DNA of 64,000 nucleotides from Kofleriaceae bacterium (GTDB lineage Bacteria > Myxococcota_A > Polyangia > Haliangiales > Haliangiaceae): NCBI GenBank assembly GCA_041389925.1, contig JAWKQX010000006.1:215837-279836 (forward strand), written 5' to 3'. Shown here one piece after another: positions 50,501 through 60,539 of the stretch. Every line of letters begins with the position of its first letter. Positions within the stretch are counted from its first letter, which is position 1. Made by a program: the position numbers and the translations under genes. The notes under the pieces were generated by a model. That model was not told the DNA's origin, did no database searches, and saw nothing but the letters and a program-made list of their open reading frames with translations.

Positions 50501-52636
50501 TTATTCCACCGTGGTCGTGACACCCGGGCGAACCATGACCTTCACACCGTGGATGTTGCTTCCGTCCGTGTTCGAGACATAGACGGTCTGCTTGCCCTCT
50601 TCGAAGGTGAGCTTGCTGGAAGGTCCTCCATCTGCTTGAAGAACCTTGTTTTTTCCTGGAACGACCCAGCCAAATGAGAAGGTCACCTTGGTCAGCTTGG
50701 AGCGAACCTGGACCCTGCGGTTGGCTCGGGTTCCTCCGCTCACGAAGGAGACCAGGTAGTCCCCGTTGTCGAGGGTGCACGTGGCGGGCGCGTCGATGTG
50801 GCGGCACAGGAGCGAGCCATCGACGGAGGCCTTGCCGTCGATGTTGGCTTCTACTCGAAGTTCATTGCCTTCTTGGAGGTTCACCGACTGCTGCATCCGG
50901 CGTGCGCCGGCCGCTGGGGTCATGCGGACCAGGGCGGGGACGCGCCCTGGCAGCGCGAGCACGAAGCGCTGTTCGGTCCCACCCTTGACGAGGATCTCGT
51001 CTGTTGGCGTCTTCACGCCGGCGAGCTGCTGTCCGTTGAGGTAGACGTCCGCGCCGGGCGGATCGGAGGTCAGCACGACCGACGCCAGATCGGCGGCGAC
51101 CGTGAGCGGCTGGACGATCCGCGTCTCGCGGCCCGGCGAAGGCACCGACACCAACGTGGTCGCGGGGCTGTAGCCGTCCTTCTTGAACGTGACGCTGACC
51201 GTGGTCGACGGCGAGAACTCGGTCACCACCTTCGGGGTCTTCCCAAGCTCCTTGTCCCCCACGATGATCGTCGCGCCCGGTGGATCGGTGTCCAGCGCGA
51301 CCGATGCCGCGATCGGCCGCAGCTTCAAGGAGAAGATGTTGTTCTTGTCGTTGACGCGAAACGCCGACGTCGCAGGTTCATAGCCTTCCAGCTGGCCTTC
51401 CAGCGGGTAGGTGCGCCCGACCTCCAGGCCCTCGACGGTGAGCTTGCCGCCCACCGCCACGCCGACGTTCTTGCCTTCGATCACGACGGCCACGTTCGCC
51501 GGATCCGTGCGGATCTCGACGTTGGTCTTCTTGACCGCGAACAGCCGCGGCCACGCGACCACGGCGATCAGCGCGAACATGGTCGCGATGGCGACCCCGA
51601 GCGCCGCCACCAGGCCACGCGACGCGACCTCGGGGCTGCGGCGCTCGATCGGGTAGCTCGCGCCCGCGGGCAGGCGCCGGGACGGACCGATGAGGCGCCC
51701 GGCGGCGTCGATCTTCTCATTGAAGAACCCGAACGTTTCGAGCTGGAGCTTGGGTGCGTCGAGCGAGAACCTGGAGAGCACCTCGGTCGCCACGCCGGGC
51801 AGGACGTTGAACAGGATCTGCGAGCAGTTGTTCGCGATGAGGTAGAGTCCGAGGCCGGCGCCGCCGGTCTTGCGGTCGATCTGCTGCTCGGTGTGGAGGC
51901 ACTTGTGCAGGTAGCGCAGGATGGTCGCGCGCTCAAGCGTGCCGAAGGCGTCGCGGACGGACACCGCGAAGCTCTTGCCGTCGCAGGTGTACTGCACGAC
52001 GACCTTCTGCTCGACGCGGAGCGAGATCCGGGTCTTGGTGGGGATCTCCGAGAAGATCTGGCGGCCCTGCTCATCTACGGGCGCGTCGTAGAGCGCGTTC
52101 ATCAGCATCTCGTCGACGCTCTGCTCGATCGATTCGCGGTACTTGCGGCGCACGCCCATCATCTCGGCGAACTCCGAGATCTGCGCGATACAGAGCGACT
52201 TCTCCTGATAGTCTCCGACGAGCGCGGAGTGAATCTTGGTGCCCCAGGGGACCATCTTCTCGAGGCCGAACAGGTCGCCGCCGAGCACCCTCGTGGCCAC
52301 CGCCGAGAGGTCCGAGACGTCGAAGGCCTCCGCGACCATCACCGCGGCGATGCGCTCCGAGGCCCCGAGGACCTCGACGATCGGGCCGAGGTTGCTGCGG
52401 GGCAAGATGACGATCACCCGCGCGTCTCCCACGAGGCGAGGCAGCAGCTCACCGAGGAGGTTCCCCAGCTCGGGGACCAGGTGGATCGCGATCAAGGCAA
52501 CTGGAAGTTCACCACGGCCAAGCGCTTCCGCGCTCTGATGGGTTTCAACAGCTCCGCCCGCAGCCTTGAGCGCAACCGACATCTGCTTGCCAAAGGCTCG
52601 GTCTGGCGAGATGGCTACGATTCGGCGCGACAACAT
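50501..52636 (-). CDS. PEGA-domain membrane protein with N-terminal receiver-like/ATPase-like cytoplasmic domain
   Basis: One TM segment (LVAALGVAIATMFALIAVVAW), followed by tandem PEGA motifs (DPPGATIIVGDKELGKTP; SDPPGADVYLNGQQLAGVKTP). Confidence 0.7.
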   Translation of the reverse strand: MLSRRIVAISPDRAFGKQMSVALKAAGGAVETHQSAEALGRGELPVALIAIHLVPELGNLLGELLPRLVGDARVIVILPRSNLGPIVEVLGASERIAAVMVAEAFDVSDLSAVATRVLGGDLFGLEKMVPWGTKIHSALVGDYQEKSLCIAQISEFAEMMGVRRKYRESIEQSVDEMLMNALYDAPVDEQGRQIFSEIPTKTRISLRVEQKVVVQYTCDGKSFAVSVRDAFGTLERATILRYLHKCLHTEQQIDRKTGGAGLGLYLIANNCSQILFNVLPGVATEVLSRFSLDAPKLQLETFGFFNEKIDAAGRLIGPSRRLPAGASYPIERRSPEVASRGLVAALGVAIATMFALIAVVAWPRLFAVKKTNVEIRTDPANVAVVIEGKNVGVAVGGKLTVEGLEVGRTYPLEGQLEGYEPATSAFRVNDKNNIFSLKLRPIAASVALDTDPPGATIIVGDKELGKTPKVVTEFSPSTTVSVTFKKDGYSPATTLVSVPSPGRETRIVQPLTVAADLASVVLTSDPPGADVYLNGQQLAGVKTPTDEILVKGGTEQRFVLALPGRVPALVRMTPAAGARRMQQSVNLQEGNELRVEANIDGKASVDGSLLCRHIDAPATCTLDNGDYLVSFVSGGTRANRRVQVRSKLTKVTFSFGWVVPGKNKVLQADGGPSSKLTFEEGKQTVYVSNTDGSNIHGVKVMVRPGVTTTVE

Positions 52637-52859
52637 CCTCGGTGACTGTAACTAGAGATGCGTAGCGACACAAACTTCCGAGCCGCGAGAGTGCGAGATC
52701 TTCCACAAGCTCAGGAAATTTCGAATTTTATTACTTTTCAAGGGGTTGCTTGCTACACCAGCCCAAAATACATCCTGCGCGCTGCGCGGATGTAGGATAC
52801 CTATCCCTCGAAACACCGGCCGCGGCGCGCCGAGGGCGGCTCAGGCTGGCCGACTCAAC

Positions 52860-53399
52860 TCAGATGACGGTCCCGCTCCACCGAGTGAGCCAGGCCGTCG
52901 GCGCGAACTCGGGGATCGGCAGCGGCGTGAGCACCGGCGTGCCATCGCGCCAGAAGGAGCGAAAGTCTCCACGCTCTCCGGTCTTGTAGAAGTGGAGCAG
53001 ATACTCGAGGTCGCACGCCGCGAAGTCGCTGACCCACTGGTCGAGATCTCGCACGCCCACCTCGTGGAGGAGCTGCAGGCTCAGCCGGCACGCGTCGCGC
53101 TCGTACTCCTCCACCTGAGCGAGCGCCTCCGGCGTCCACTCCGTCGGTCGCGCGACCGCGATCGCGCGGGCCTCGGCGGAGACGTTCCACTGCACGGTGT
53201 GACCGAAGAGGTGGATGAGGATGAACAGCGCGTCCTCCAGATCGACGTCGTGATCGACCTGGATCTCGGCGCCGTCGAGATCGCCGGTGAAGGGGTTGGG
53301 CACGTCCGAGATGCGCACCGGGACGCCCCAGCGCGACTCGATCTCGCGCTCCACGCGGTTCCACACCGTGCGGAGGTACTCGGGATCTAGCTCCGCCAT
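52860..53399 (-). CDS. hypothetical acidic protein (179 aa)
   Basis: Start codon coupled to the stop of the upstream small gene. HLFGHTVQW motif. No family recognised. Confidence 0.5.
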   Translation of the reverse strand: MAELDPEYLRTVWNRVEREIESRWGVPVRISDVPNPFTGDLDGAEIQVDHDVDLEDALFILIHLFGHTVQWNVSAEARAIAVARPTEWTPEALAQVEEYERDACRLSLQLLHEVGVRDLDQWVSDFAACDLEYLLHFYKTGERGDFRSFWRDGTPVLTPLPIPEFAPTAWLTRWSGTVI

Positions 53400-53403
53400 G
53401 GCC

Positions 53404-53697
53404 TCACTTCTGACGAGCCATCGACTTCTCGAGGCGCGCGGCGGCCATGTCGTGCAGCACCTGCATGACGTTGTAGGCGGTCAGCTCGGCGAGCAGCTTG
53501 GTGACCAGGGCGTGCTGCTCGTCGGTGAGGGTGGACTCCACCGCGCGCATCGCGGCCAGGAGGTTGGCCTCCTGCGTGGCGAGCTCGGCCGAGTCCACGA
53601 CGCCGTCGGCGAGGGAGGCCGAGAAGTGCTCGAGCTGCTCCAGGTGGCTGTCGAGATCGGGGGTGTGGTCGTCATTGATCCAGTTGGCGCGGGCCAT
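53404..53697 (-). CDS. hypothetical small protein (97 aa)
   Basis: ATG 53697 preceded by a GAAGGAG RBS. Helical and acidic. Confidence 0.45.
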   Translation of the reverse strand: MARANWINDDHTPDLDSHLEQLEHFSASLADGVVDSAELATQEANLLAAMRAVESTLTDEQHALVTKLLAELTAYNVMQVLHDMAAARLEKSMARQK

Positions 53698-53808
53698 TCG
53701 TCGTCTCCTTCGTACCGGGTTGGCTGGCGAGGTGCCGGGCGGCACGCCGCCGGGCCGGGGTGCTCGAGGGCAAGGTCGCAGGCGTCGTCGTCACCGGCGG
53801 CGCCGGCG

Positions 53809-55611
53809 CTAGCGCTCCTCCAGGATCTGCTTGATCGCGGTGAGGCGCTCCTGCATCTTCTCACGCCCGCCCAGGGTGGCGAGGCGCTCGCGCTTCTGCG
53901 CGGGCAGAAACTCCAGGTCCGTGCACTCGATGATCGCGGCGAGCTCCTGGGCCTCGCGCTCGAGCGTCTGGGTGGAGGGCATGAAGCCCGCCAGCGCGCT
54001 GGCCAGGGCGTCCTTGGTGATGGAGGTGGCGCCGGCGAGCAGCGAGGTGCGGTACGCGCGGCCGATGATCCCCTCGATGTCAGCGCCGGAGAGGTGCCCC
54101 TTGTGCGGCAGCTCCGCCGGGATGTCCTCCTCCGCGACGGAGGTGCCGGACTTGCGCGCCAGCACCGTGAACATCTGGCGCAGCTCGGCGTCCTCGGTCG
54201 GGTAGAACAGCGGGATGTGCACCTCGGCGCGGCCCTGGCGCTTGAGGTCGATGGGCAAGAGATCCGGGCGCGCGGTCAGGAGCATCCAGAGGATCCTCCC
54301 GCGGTAGCGCGTGTCGCCCATCTGCGAGGCGATCATGCCGAAGATGCGCGAGCCGACGCCCGAGTCGCCGCCCTGGTCGCGGTCGCCGAGCATGGCGTCG
54401 GCCTCGTCGACGATGACCACCACCGGGCCCATCGAGCGCAAGACGCCGAGCACACGCTCGAGGTTGCCCTCGGTCTCACCGACGTACTTGGAGCGGAAGT
54501 TCTTGAGCACCACCGCCGGGATGCCGATCGAGCCGGCGAGGCACTGCGCGAGGAAGCTCTTGCCGGTGCCGACCGGGCCGCAGAAGAGGTAGCCCATGGG
54601 CACGGTCTCGATGGCGCCGCGCCGGATCAGCTCGGCGTCGTCGAGGAGCCGCTGCTTGGCGCCCTCGTGGCCGACCACGGTGTCGAGGCCCCACTTGGGC
54701 TCCACGAACTCCAGGCTGCCCTGCGCCTGCCGCTCGATGAGGCGCTTCTTGAGCTCGCGGAAGTACGCGCGATCGAGGCGGCGGCCGCCCTCGGCGCCGG
54801 AGCGCGCCAGGACCTCCAGGTCGGTGAGCGAGATGCCCGCGGTGAGCTTGGCCAGCTCGGGGACGCCGTACTCCGAGAACGCCGTCAGATCCTTGCCCTT
54901 GGTCTGGTAGGTCAGGAACGCGCGGCGGTCGGCCTCGTCGGGGAGCGGCACCTCGACGGAGGCGACGTGCGGGTTGCCGGTGAGCCGCTCGGAGAGGCTG
55001 GAGAGCCGCGGATCGATGAGCACGAACGCCATGTTGAGGCGCTTGACGTACGGGCTCGAGGCCCAGTTGAGCAGCGTGACCAGGTGGGTCTGCTCGACGA
55101 GGCCCAGGCGGTCGCCGCTGGGCGCGACGTACGCGGCGTGATCGATGAGGATCGCGGTGCGGATGCGCTCCTCGGGCTCGGCGATGACGTTCTTCTGCAC
55201 GAGCAGATCGATGGCCGCCAGCGCGCGCGTGGGATCGCGGGGGAGCTGGCGCAGATCGCCGAGCCAGCGGTTGGCGAGCTGCACCATCTCCGTGAGGCGC
55301 TTGGCGTTGCTGCCGGCGAGGCAGCGCAGGCCGCGCGCGAGATCGTAGTGGATGACGAGGTCCCAGCGGCCGAACACCTGCTCGGCGAGGAACTCGGCGA
55401 GGCCCACGTAGCGCAGGTCGTCGTCGCCGCCGGCGCGCACCATGTCGAAGGTGTTGCCGTGGAGCACGAACATGGACGTGGTGCCGGAGAAGTAGAGCTC
55501 GGCGAGCTGGGTCGCCCAGGGCGCGAAGTGCGCGGGCAGCGCGCTGGCCTTGCTCACGCCGTCGCCGCCGGCGAGGACCTTCGGACCAGAGGTGGGAGGG
55601 GTGTCGCTCAT
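53809..55611 (-). CDS. AAA+ ATPase (single AAA domain, CDC48/FtsH-like) with ~300-aa N-terminal domain
   Basis: Walker A (GPVGTGKS), Walker B (VVVIVDEADAM), and the second region of homology. 600 aa. Confidence 0.8.
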   Translation of the reverse strand: MSDTPPTSGPKVLAGGDGVSKASALPAHFAPWATQLAELYFSGTTSMFVLHGNTFDMVRAGGDDDLRYVGLAEFLAEQVFGRWDLVIHYDLARGLRCLAGSNAKRLTEMVQLANRWLGDLRQLPRDPTRALAAIDLLVQKNVIAEPEERIRTAILIDHAAYVAPSGDRLGLVEQTHLVTLLNWASSPYVKRLNMAFVLIDPRLSSLSERLTGNPHVASVEVPLPDEADRRAFLTYQTKGKDLTAFSEYGVPELAKLTAGISLTDLEVLARSGAEGGRRLDRAYFRELKKRLIERQAQGSLEFVEPKWGLDTVVGHEGAKQRLLDDAELIRRGAIETVPMGYLFCGPVGTGKSFLAQCLAGSIGIPAVVLKNFRSKYVGETEGNLERVLGVLRSMGPVVVIVDEADAMLGDRDQGGDSGVGSRIFGMIASQMGDTRYRGRILWMLLTARPDLLPIDLKRQGRAEVHIPLFYPTEDAELRQMFTVLARKSGTSVAEEDIPAELPHKGHLSGADIEGIIGRAYRTSLLAGATSITKDALASALAGFMPSTQTLEREAQELAAIIECTDLEFLPAQKRERLATLGGREKMQERLTAIKQILEER

Positions 55612-55724
55612 GGGAGAGGCCTCAGCGCTGGGCGGTCGGAGAGGGGAGGGGCGTGGCGGGGTGGCGGGGGCTCGCTCGGCGGCGTGGGCATGATGCGGGG
55701 AGCGTGGCGACGAAGCGCGCCGGG

Positions 55725-56683
55725 TCAGCGCCGCCGCGCGGAGGCAGAGGTCGCGGGGGCGGAGGCCGCGGCGGCGCGGACCTCCAGGTTGGCGTCGAGG
55801 ATCGAGGGGGCGACGTCCGCGTCGGCGCTCATCCCGGTGATCGCCTGCAGCTCGCGGATGGTGGCCTCGGTCTGCGAGACGCCCTCGGCGATGGCGTCGA
55901 CCTGGACCGAGAGGGTGTCCGGATCGGAGTGGCTGATCGCCATCTCGGTGAGCGCGGCGATCTTGTTCTCGATGCGATCCAGCTCGGCCTGCACGAACTC
56001 CGCGTTGTCGCGCGCCTTCGCCAGGTTGTCCTTGCGTAGCTCGGCGGTCGCCACGCTGTCGCGGATGGAGCGCAGCAGGCGGTCGTCGGCGCGGGCGGCC
56101 TCCTCGAGCTGCTCGGAGCGGCGCTGCTCACGCTGGCGCAGATCCTTCAGGCTGGCGTCGATCGACTTCTCATCGGCCGCCTGGAGGAACGCCGCGATCG
56201 CCTGATCGGAGAGCAGGAGCCGCAGGAACATCCAGAGCAGGCGATCGAGGGCGGGCGCGCGCAGCTCCTGCGAGGCGCCGCTGACGTCGCGGGTGTCGCC
56301 GCGCACCGCGTTGGCGATGCGCTGCATCTCGACGCAGCGCGCGCGCAGGCGGAGGAAGCGGTTGCGCCGCTCGTCGGAGAGGCTGCGCAGCACCTCGAGC
56401 AGCCGATCTCGGGCGGAGGTCGCCGTCGCGGCGGGCTGGCCGGTCGCGGCGCCGCCGCCGCGCTCCTCGGCGCGGACCTTGGCGTCGATGGCGCGCTGGA
56501 AGCGCGGCAGGGTAGCCAGGCCCGCGAGGTAGGTGACCTCCGCGGCGGCGACCAGCGGCAGCGCGATGTCGGCGTGGCCGCTCAGGAGCGCCGCGGCGGT
56601 CGCGCCGCCGAGCGTCAGCAGGTTCCAATGGAAGGCGAACGCCTCCTTGAGGTACCGAAGCAGTCCGGCGCGCTTGACCTCCG
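55725..56683 (-). CDS. membrane protein with two TM helices and a long C-terminal coiled coil
   Basis: GTG/TTG start directly after the ABC ATPase stop (gggagattgagcgtg). LLTLGGATAAALLSGHADIALPLVAAAEVTYLAGLA hydrophobic block, then a heptad-rich tail. Confidence 0.5.
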
Positions 56684-56689
56684 CCACGC

Positions 56690-57786
56690 TCAATCTCCCG
56701 CTCGCTTGGAGCTCTCGAGCTTCTCGATGATCTCGCGGATGCCCCAGACGATCTCCTGGAACTTGGGATCGCGCTGCGACTCCAGCGCCGGCCGGTCCGG
56801 CGGCGGCACCCGCACCTCCTTGAGCACGGTGCCGGGCGAGTTGGAGAAGATCAGGATGTGATCCCCGAGGAACACCGCCTCCTCGATCGAGTGCGTGATG
56901 AAGAAGATCGTCGGCGACTGCTCGCGCCACAGCTCCACCAGGTTGTCCTGCATCTTGCTGCGGGTCGGCGGGTCGAGCGCGCCGAACGGCTCATCCATCA
57001 GGATGATGCGCGGCTTGAGGATGAGCGTGCGCGCGATCGCGACGCGCTGGCGCATGCCGCCGGAGAGCTCGTGCGGGTGCTTGTCGGCGTCGTTCTTGAT
57101 GCTGAGGCCGACCTTGGCGATCCACTGGCGCGCCAGATCGTGGCGCTCCTCCTTGCCCACGCCGCGGCACTCCAGCCCGAACGCGATGTTGTCCAGCACG
57201 GTGCGGTTGTCGAACGAGGTGTAGTCCTGGAAGACCATGCCGCGGTCCGGTCCAGAGCCGAGGATGGGCTTGCCATCGACGAGGACCTGGCCGCTGGTCT
57301 GCGGGAACTGGGGCATCAGGCCGGCGATGAGCCGGATCACCGTGGACTTGCCGCAGCCGGAGGGGCCGAGGATGGAGACGAACTCTCCGCGGCCGGGGTG
57401 ATCCGGGATCGAGAACGTGACGTCCTTGATCGCGGTGAACGCGCCCGGGCCATCGCCGTAGCGCTTGGTGACCTTCTCGAAGCTGACCACCGGCACCGGC
57501 GCGCCCGGAGCCAGCGGCTTGACGATGGGGGTGCCGCCGCCGATGCTGGGGCGCTCGGGGGGCTTGGCGGCGGCTTGCGGGGGCGCCGTGGCGGCCGGCT
57601 CGCTCTGGGGCGCCGCGGCGGCCGGCTCGCTCGGTGAGGCCTGCTCCGCCTCGAACGCGGCCAGCGCTTCGGCGGCCGCGCGCGGATCGACGGGCGCGGG
57701 CGGCGACGCCGCGGCGGGCGCGGCTCCGTCGGCGCTCTTCGCGCTGCCTGAGCCTTCGGTCTCCGCGGGCTTGCTCGGATCGCTCA
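56690..57786 (-). CDS. ABC transporter ATP-binding protein (NitT/TauT family) with Ala/Pro-rich N-terminal extension
   Basis: GPSGCGKST (Walker A), LSGGMRQRVAIAR (signature), ILMDEPFGALD (Walker B). ATG 57786 overlaps the permease stop (GTGATGA). Confidence 0.85.
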
Positions 57787-58677
57787 TCACAAGTCCTTGC
57801 GATAGTAGAACAGCTGGCGCTGGAAGATGCGAACACAGAGGTCGATCCCGAACGCCAGGAGCGCGATGACGAACAGCACGAGGTAGGTGTGGGCCTGCTG
57901 TCCCAACCGCTGCGACGTATTGATGAGCGCGCCGACGCCGGTCTCGGTGTTGATCGCCTCGGCCAGGGTGATGTAGCCGAGGCCCAGGCCGATCTGGAAG
58001 CGCAGGCTGGTCACGATGTCGGGGAGCGCCAGGCGCAAGAGCACCTTGGTGACGATCTGCCGGCGGCTCGCGCCCAGGGTCTGCGCGGTCTCGACGTAGC
58101 GCTCCGGCACCGAGGAGATCGCCTGCATGGTGTCGGAGAAGACGAACGGCACCACCGCGAGGAAGATGAACATGCGCTTCTGCTCTTCCCCGATGGAGAA
58201 CCACACCAGCGTCAGCGGCAGGAGCGCGCCCATCGGCACCGAGCGCAGGAAGATGACCAGCGGCATCAGCGTGGCCGCGACGACGCGATAGGACGCCGCG
58301 ATCACGCCCAGGCCGACGCCGACGACGGCCGCGAACAAGATGCCCAGGAAGACGCGGCTCAGCGTCGCGATGATCGCGTCGATGAGGCCGCGGTCCAGGA
58401 GCGAGCCGAAGGAGCCGAACACCTCGCCCGGGCTGGGGAGCTTCGACGGGGAGACGATGGCCTCCGTGGCCGAGCCGCGGGTGAGCACCCACCACACGAG
58501 CACGAGCAGCGCCACGAACGACGCGCCCATGGCGAAGCGCGCCAGCGGCGGGCCGTCGGCGCGCAGGGTGCGCCACCACGGCGGCGCGTCGGGCACCTGC
58601 GGCTGCGCCGGAGGCGCGGCAGGCGCCTTGGGCGCCGTGGGGCCGTCGGGGGGCGCGGACGCGGCGGGCTTGGTCAC
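57787..58677 (-). CDS. ABC transporter permease (NitT/TauT family)
   Basis: Six predicted TM helices and the binding-protein-dependent transport EAA-like region. Overlaps the stop of the substrate-binding-protein gene. Confidence 0.8.
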   Translation of the reverse strand: MTKPAASAPPDGPTAPKAPAAPPAQPQVPDAPPWWRTLRADGPPLARFAMGASFVALLVLVWWVLTRGSATEAIVSPSKLPSPGEVFGSFGSLLDRGLIDAIIATLSRVFLGILFAAVVGVGLGVIAASYRVVAATLMPLVIFLRSVPMGALLPLTLVWFSIGEEQKRMFIFLAVVPFVFSDTMQAISSVPERYVETAQTLGASRRQIVTKVLLRLALPDIVTSLRFQIGLGLGYITLAEAINTETGVGALINTSQRLGQQAHTYLVLFVIALLAFGIDLCVRIFQRQLFYYRKDL

Positions 58678-60401
58678 TGGGCTTCCGCCGGGATCACCTT
58701 GACCTCGACGCGTCGGTTCTTGACGTGGTTGTCCGGATCGGTCGCGTCGGCCGGCCGGCTCCAGCCGAGGCCCGCGGTGAGGAACTGGTCGGGCTGGAGC
58801 TTGTACTTGTTGGCCAGCGCCTGCTTCACCGCGTTGGCGCGGTTGAGCGACAGCTCCTTGACCAGCATCTCATCCGCGGTGCCGCGCATCGACGCGTCGG
58901 TGTGGCCCTCGATCTGGATGCGCGCCGCGCCGTACTGCCCGGCGAGCTTGGCGATCTCCTCCACGGTGGTCTCGACGTTCGGGTCATACAGGAGGTCCGC
59001 GCCGCCGCTGGGCGACGGCACCTTCTTGTACAGATCGAACGAGTTCGGGAAGAAGCTGATCACCACCGTCTTGGTGAGGATCGCGCTCTCCACGTTGATC
59101 GCCTCGCTCGCCGTCGGCGCGAAGCGGAACTCGTACTCGTTCTTCTGGCTCGCGTACTTCTCCTCCTTGGCGAGCTTCTTGATGACCGAGAAGTCCATGA
59201 TCTGATCGAACGGCACCTTGTCGTCGATCGCGCGCACCGCCTTGTAGAGCAGGAACGCCGTGTTGTACGTGCGCTCGAAGTTCGTCGGGTTGTTGGCGTT
59301 GAGGAAGAAGTCGCGGTTCTCGGCGTAGTTGCACCAGTGCGCGTCGGCGAGCATGGACTGCGCCGTGCCCGGCGGCAGGCTGTAGACGTCGTCCATGAGC
59401 TTGGCGGCCTCGCGCTGCTTGGCCTCGTCCTTGAGCTCGATGACCGCGTCGAGGATGCCGCGCACCAGGCCCTCGATGATGTCCGGGTTGTCGCGCGCGA
59501 AGTCGGCACGCGCGAACCACACGTCCGCGATCAGCTTGTTCGCGGTGCCGGTGTTGATGAGCATGCGGTTGCCGGGGATCTTGGCCAGGTTGTAGATGTC
59601 CGGCGCCCAGCTCACGGCGGCCGCGAGCTCCTTCTCACCGTTGAACGCGGCCGCCGCCTGGAACGCGTCCTGGGTGAAGTTCATCTTCACCTCGGAGGGC
59701 TGCACGCCGCCGTTGAGCAAGATGTTGAGCAGGAAGTAGTGCGACGGCGAGTTCTGCGCCAGCACCACCGTCTTGCCGCGCAGGTCGGCGACCGACTTGA
59801 TGGAGTCGCGCACGACGATGCCGTCGCCGCCGTTGCTCCAGTCGATCTGCTGGTAGACGCGCGGCATGGTGCGCGGATCCTTGTTGAGCCGCTGCACGAT
59901 GAGCGGGAGCATGTCGACGGTGGCCCAGCCGATGTGCACGTCCCCGGAGGCGAACGCGTTGCCCATGTCGACCGGGTTGTCGAGCTGCACCAGCTCGATC
60001 ATGAAGTCCTTGCCCTTGGCGTCCTTCCAGATCTTCTTCGGGTTCTTGCCGCCGTTGGCGTAGATGATCGGAGCCCAGCCGGCCCACACGTTGTAGGCGA
60101 AGCGCACCACCGGCGTCTTCTTGCCGAGCGGCTTGTAGTCGGCGGAGCCCGGCACCGGGGGCAGCTTCTGCGATGCCTCGAAGGTGTACTCCTTGACGGT
60201 CGTGACCCCCTCGGAGTCCGGGTTCTCGGCCTGAGTGGGCGTGCCCGCGCCCTGCTTGATCGCGTTGATGTCGATCGGCGCCTGCTGGCTGGAGGTCTGC
60301 TTCTTGGCGTTCCACCGGTACAGGGCCATGCCGACGAGGCCGGCGACCACGGCGAGGACGGCGAGGAAGAATGCTGGCTTCGGCTTACCTGCGTTGCTCA
60401 T
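58674..60401 (-). CDS. ABC transporter substrate-binding protein (NMT1/SsuA-like) fused to a C-terminal OmpA-like peptidoglycan-binding domain; N-terminal signal anchor
   Basis: N-terminal TM (FFLAVLAVVAGLVGMALY), an SBP core, then ...LNRANAVKQAL...NRRVEVKV, which is the OmpA C-terminal signature. Confidence 0.7.
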   Translation of the reverse strand: MSNAGKPKPAFFLAVLAVVAGLVGMALYRWNAKKQTSSQQAPIDINAIKQGAGTPTQAENPDSEGVTTVKEYTFEASQKLPPVPGSADYKPLGKKTPVVRFAYNVWAGWAPIIYANGGKNPKKIWKDAKGKDFMIELVQLDNPVDMGNAFASGDVHIGWATVDMLPLIVQRLNKDPRTMPRVYQQIDWSNGGDGIVVRDSIKSVADLRGKTVVLAQNSPSHYFLLNILLNGGVQPSEVKMNFTQDAFQAAAAFNGEKELAAAVSWAPDIYNLAKIPGNRMLINTGTANKLIADVWFARADFARDNPDIIEGLVRGILDAVIELKDEAKQREAAKLMDDVYSLPPGTAQSMLADAHWCNYAENRDFFLNANNPTNFERTYNTAFLLYKAVRAIDDKVPFDQIMDFSVIKKLAKEEKYASQKNEYEFRFAPTASEAINVESAILTKTVVISFFPNSFDLYKKVPSPSGGADLLYDPNVETTVEEIAKLAGQYGAARIQIEGHTDASMRGTADEMLVKELSLNRANAVKQALANKYKLQPDQFLTAGLGWSRPADATDPDNHVKNRRVEVKVIPAEAQ

Positions 60402-60539
60402 GCGATACCTGCTGGGGACAGTCGAGTTGTAAGGGAGGCAACAACGATGAGGTCCGCGGCGGACGCGCGCGCGGGGGGAGAGGGGACGGTCCCCGCGGTC
60501 TCGTCGGAGTGTTGCTGGTGATAGCGGTGAGACACCGGA

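Noticed and set aside
52700-52760. Relatively AT-rich patch (ggaaatttcgaattttattacttttcaagggg) upstream of the PEGA gene and checked for a sigma-54 promoter; the same check was done at 61540-61575 upstream of the TSP3 gene
   Set aside because: The GG/GC element spacing does not match TGGCAC-N5-TTGC on either strand by eye. Both are left as unassigned promoter regions.
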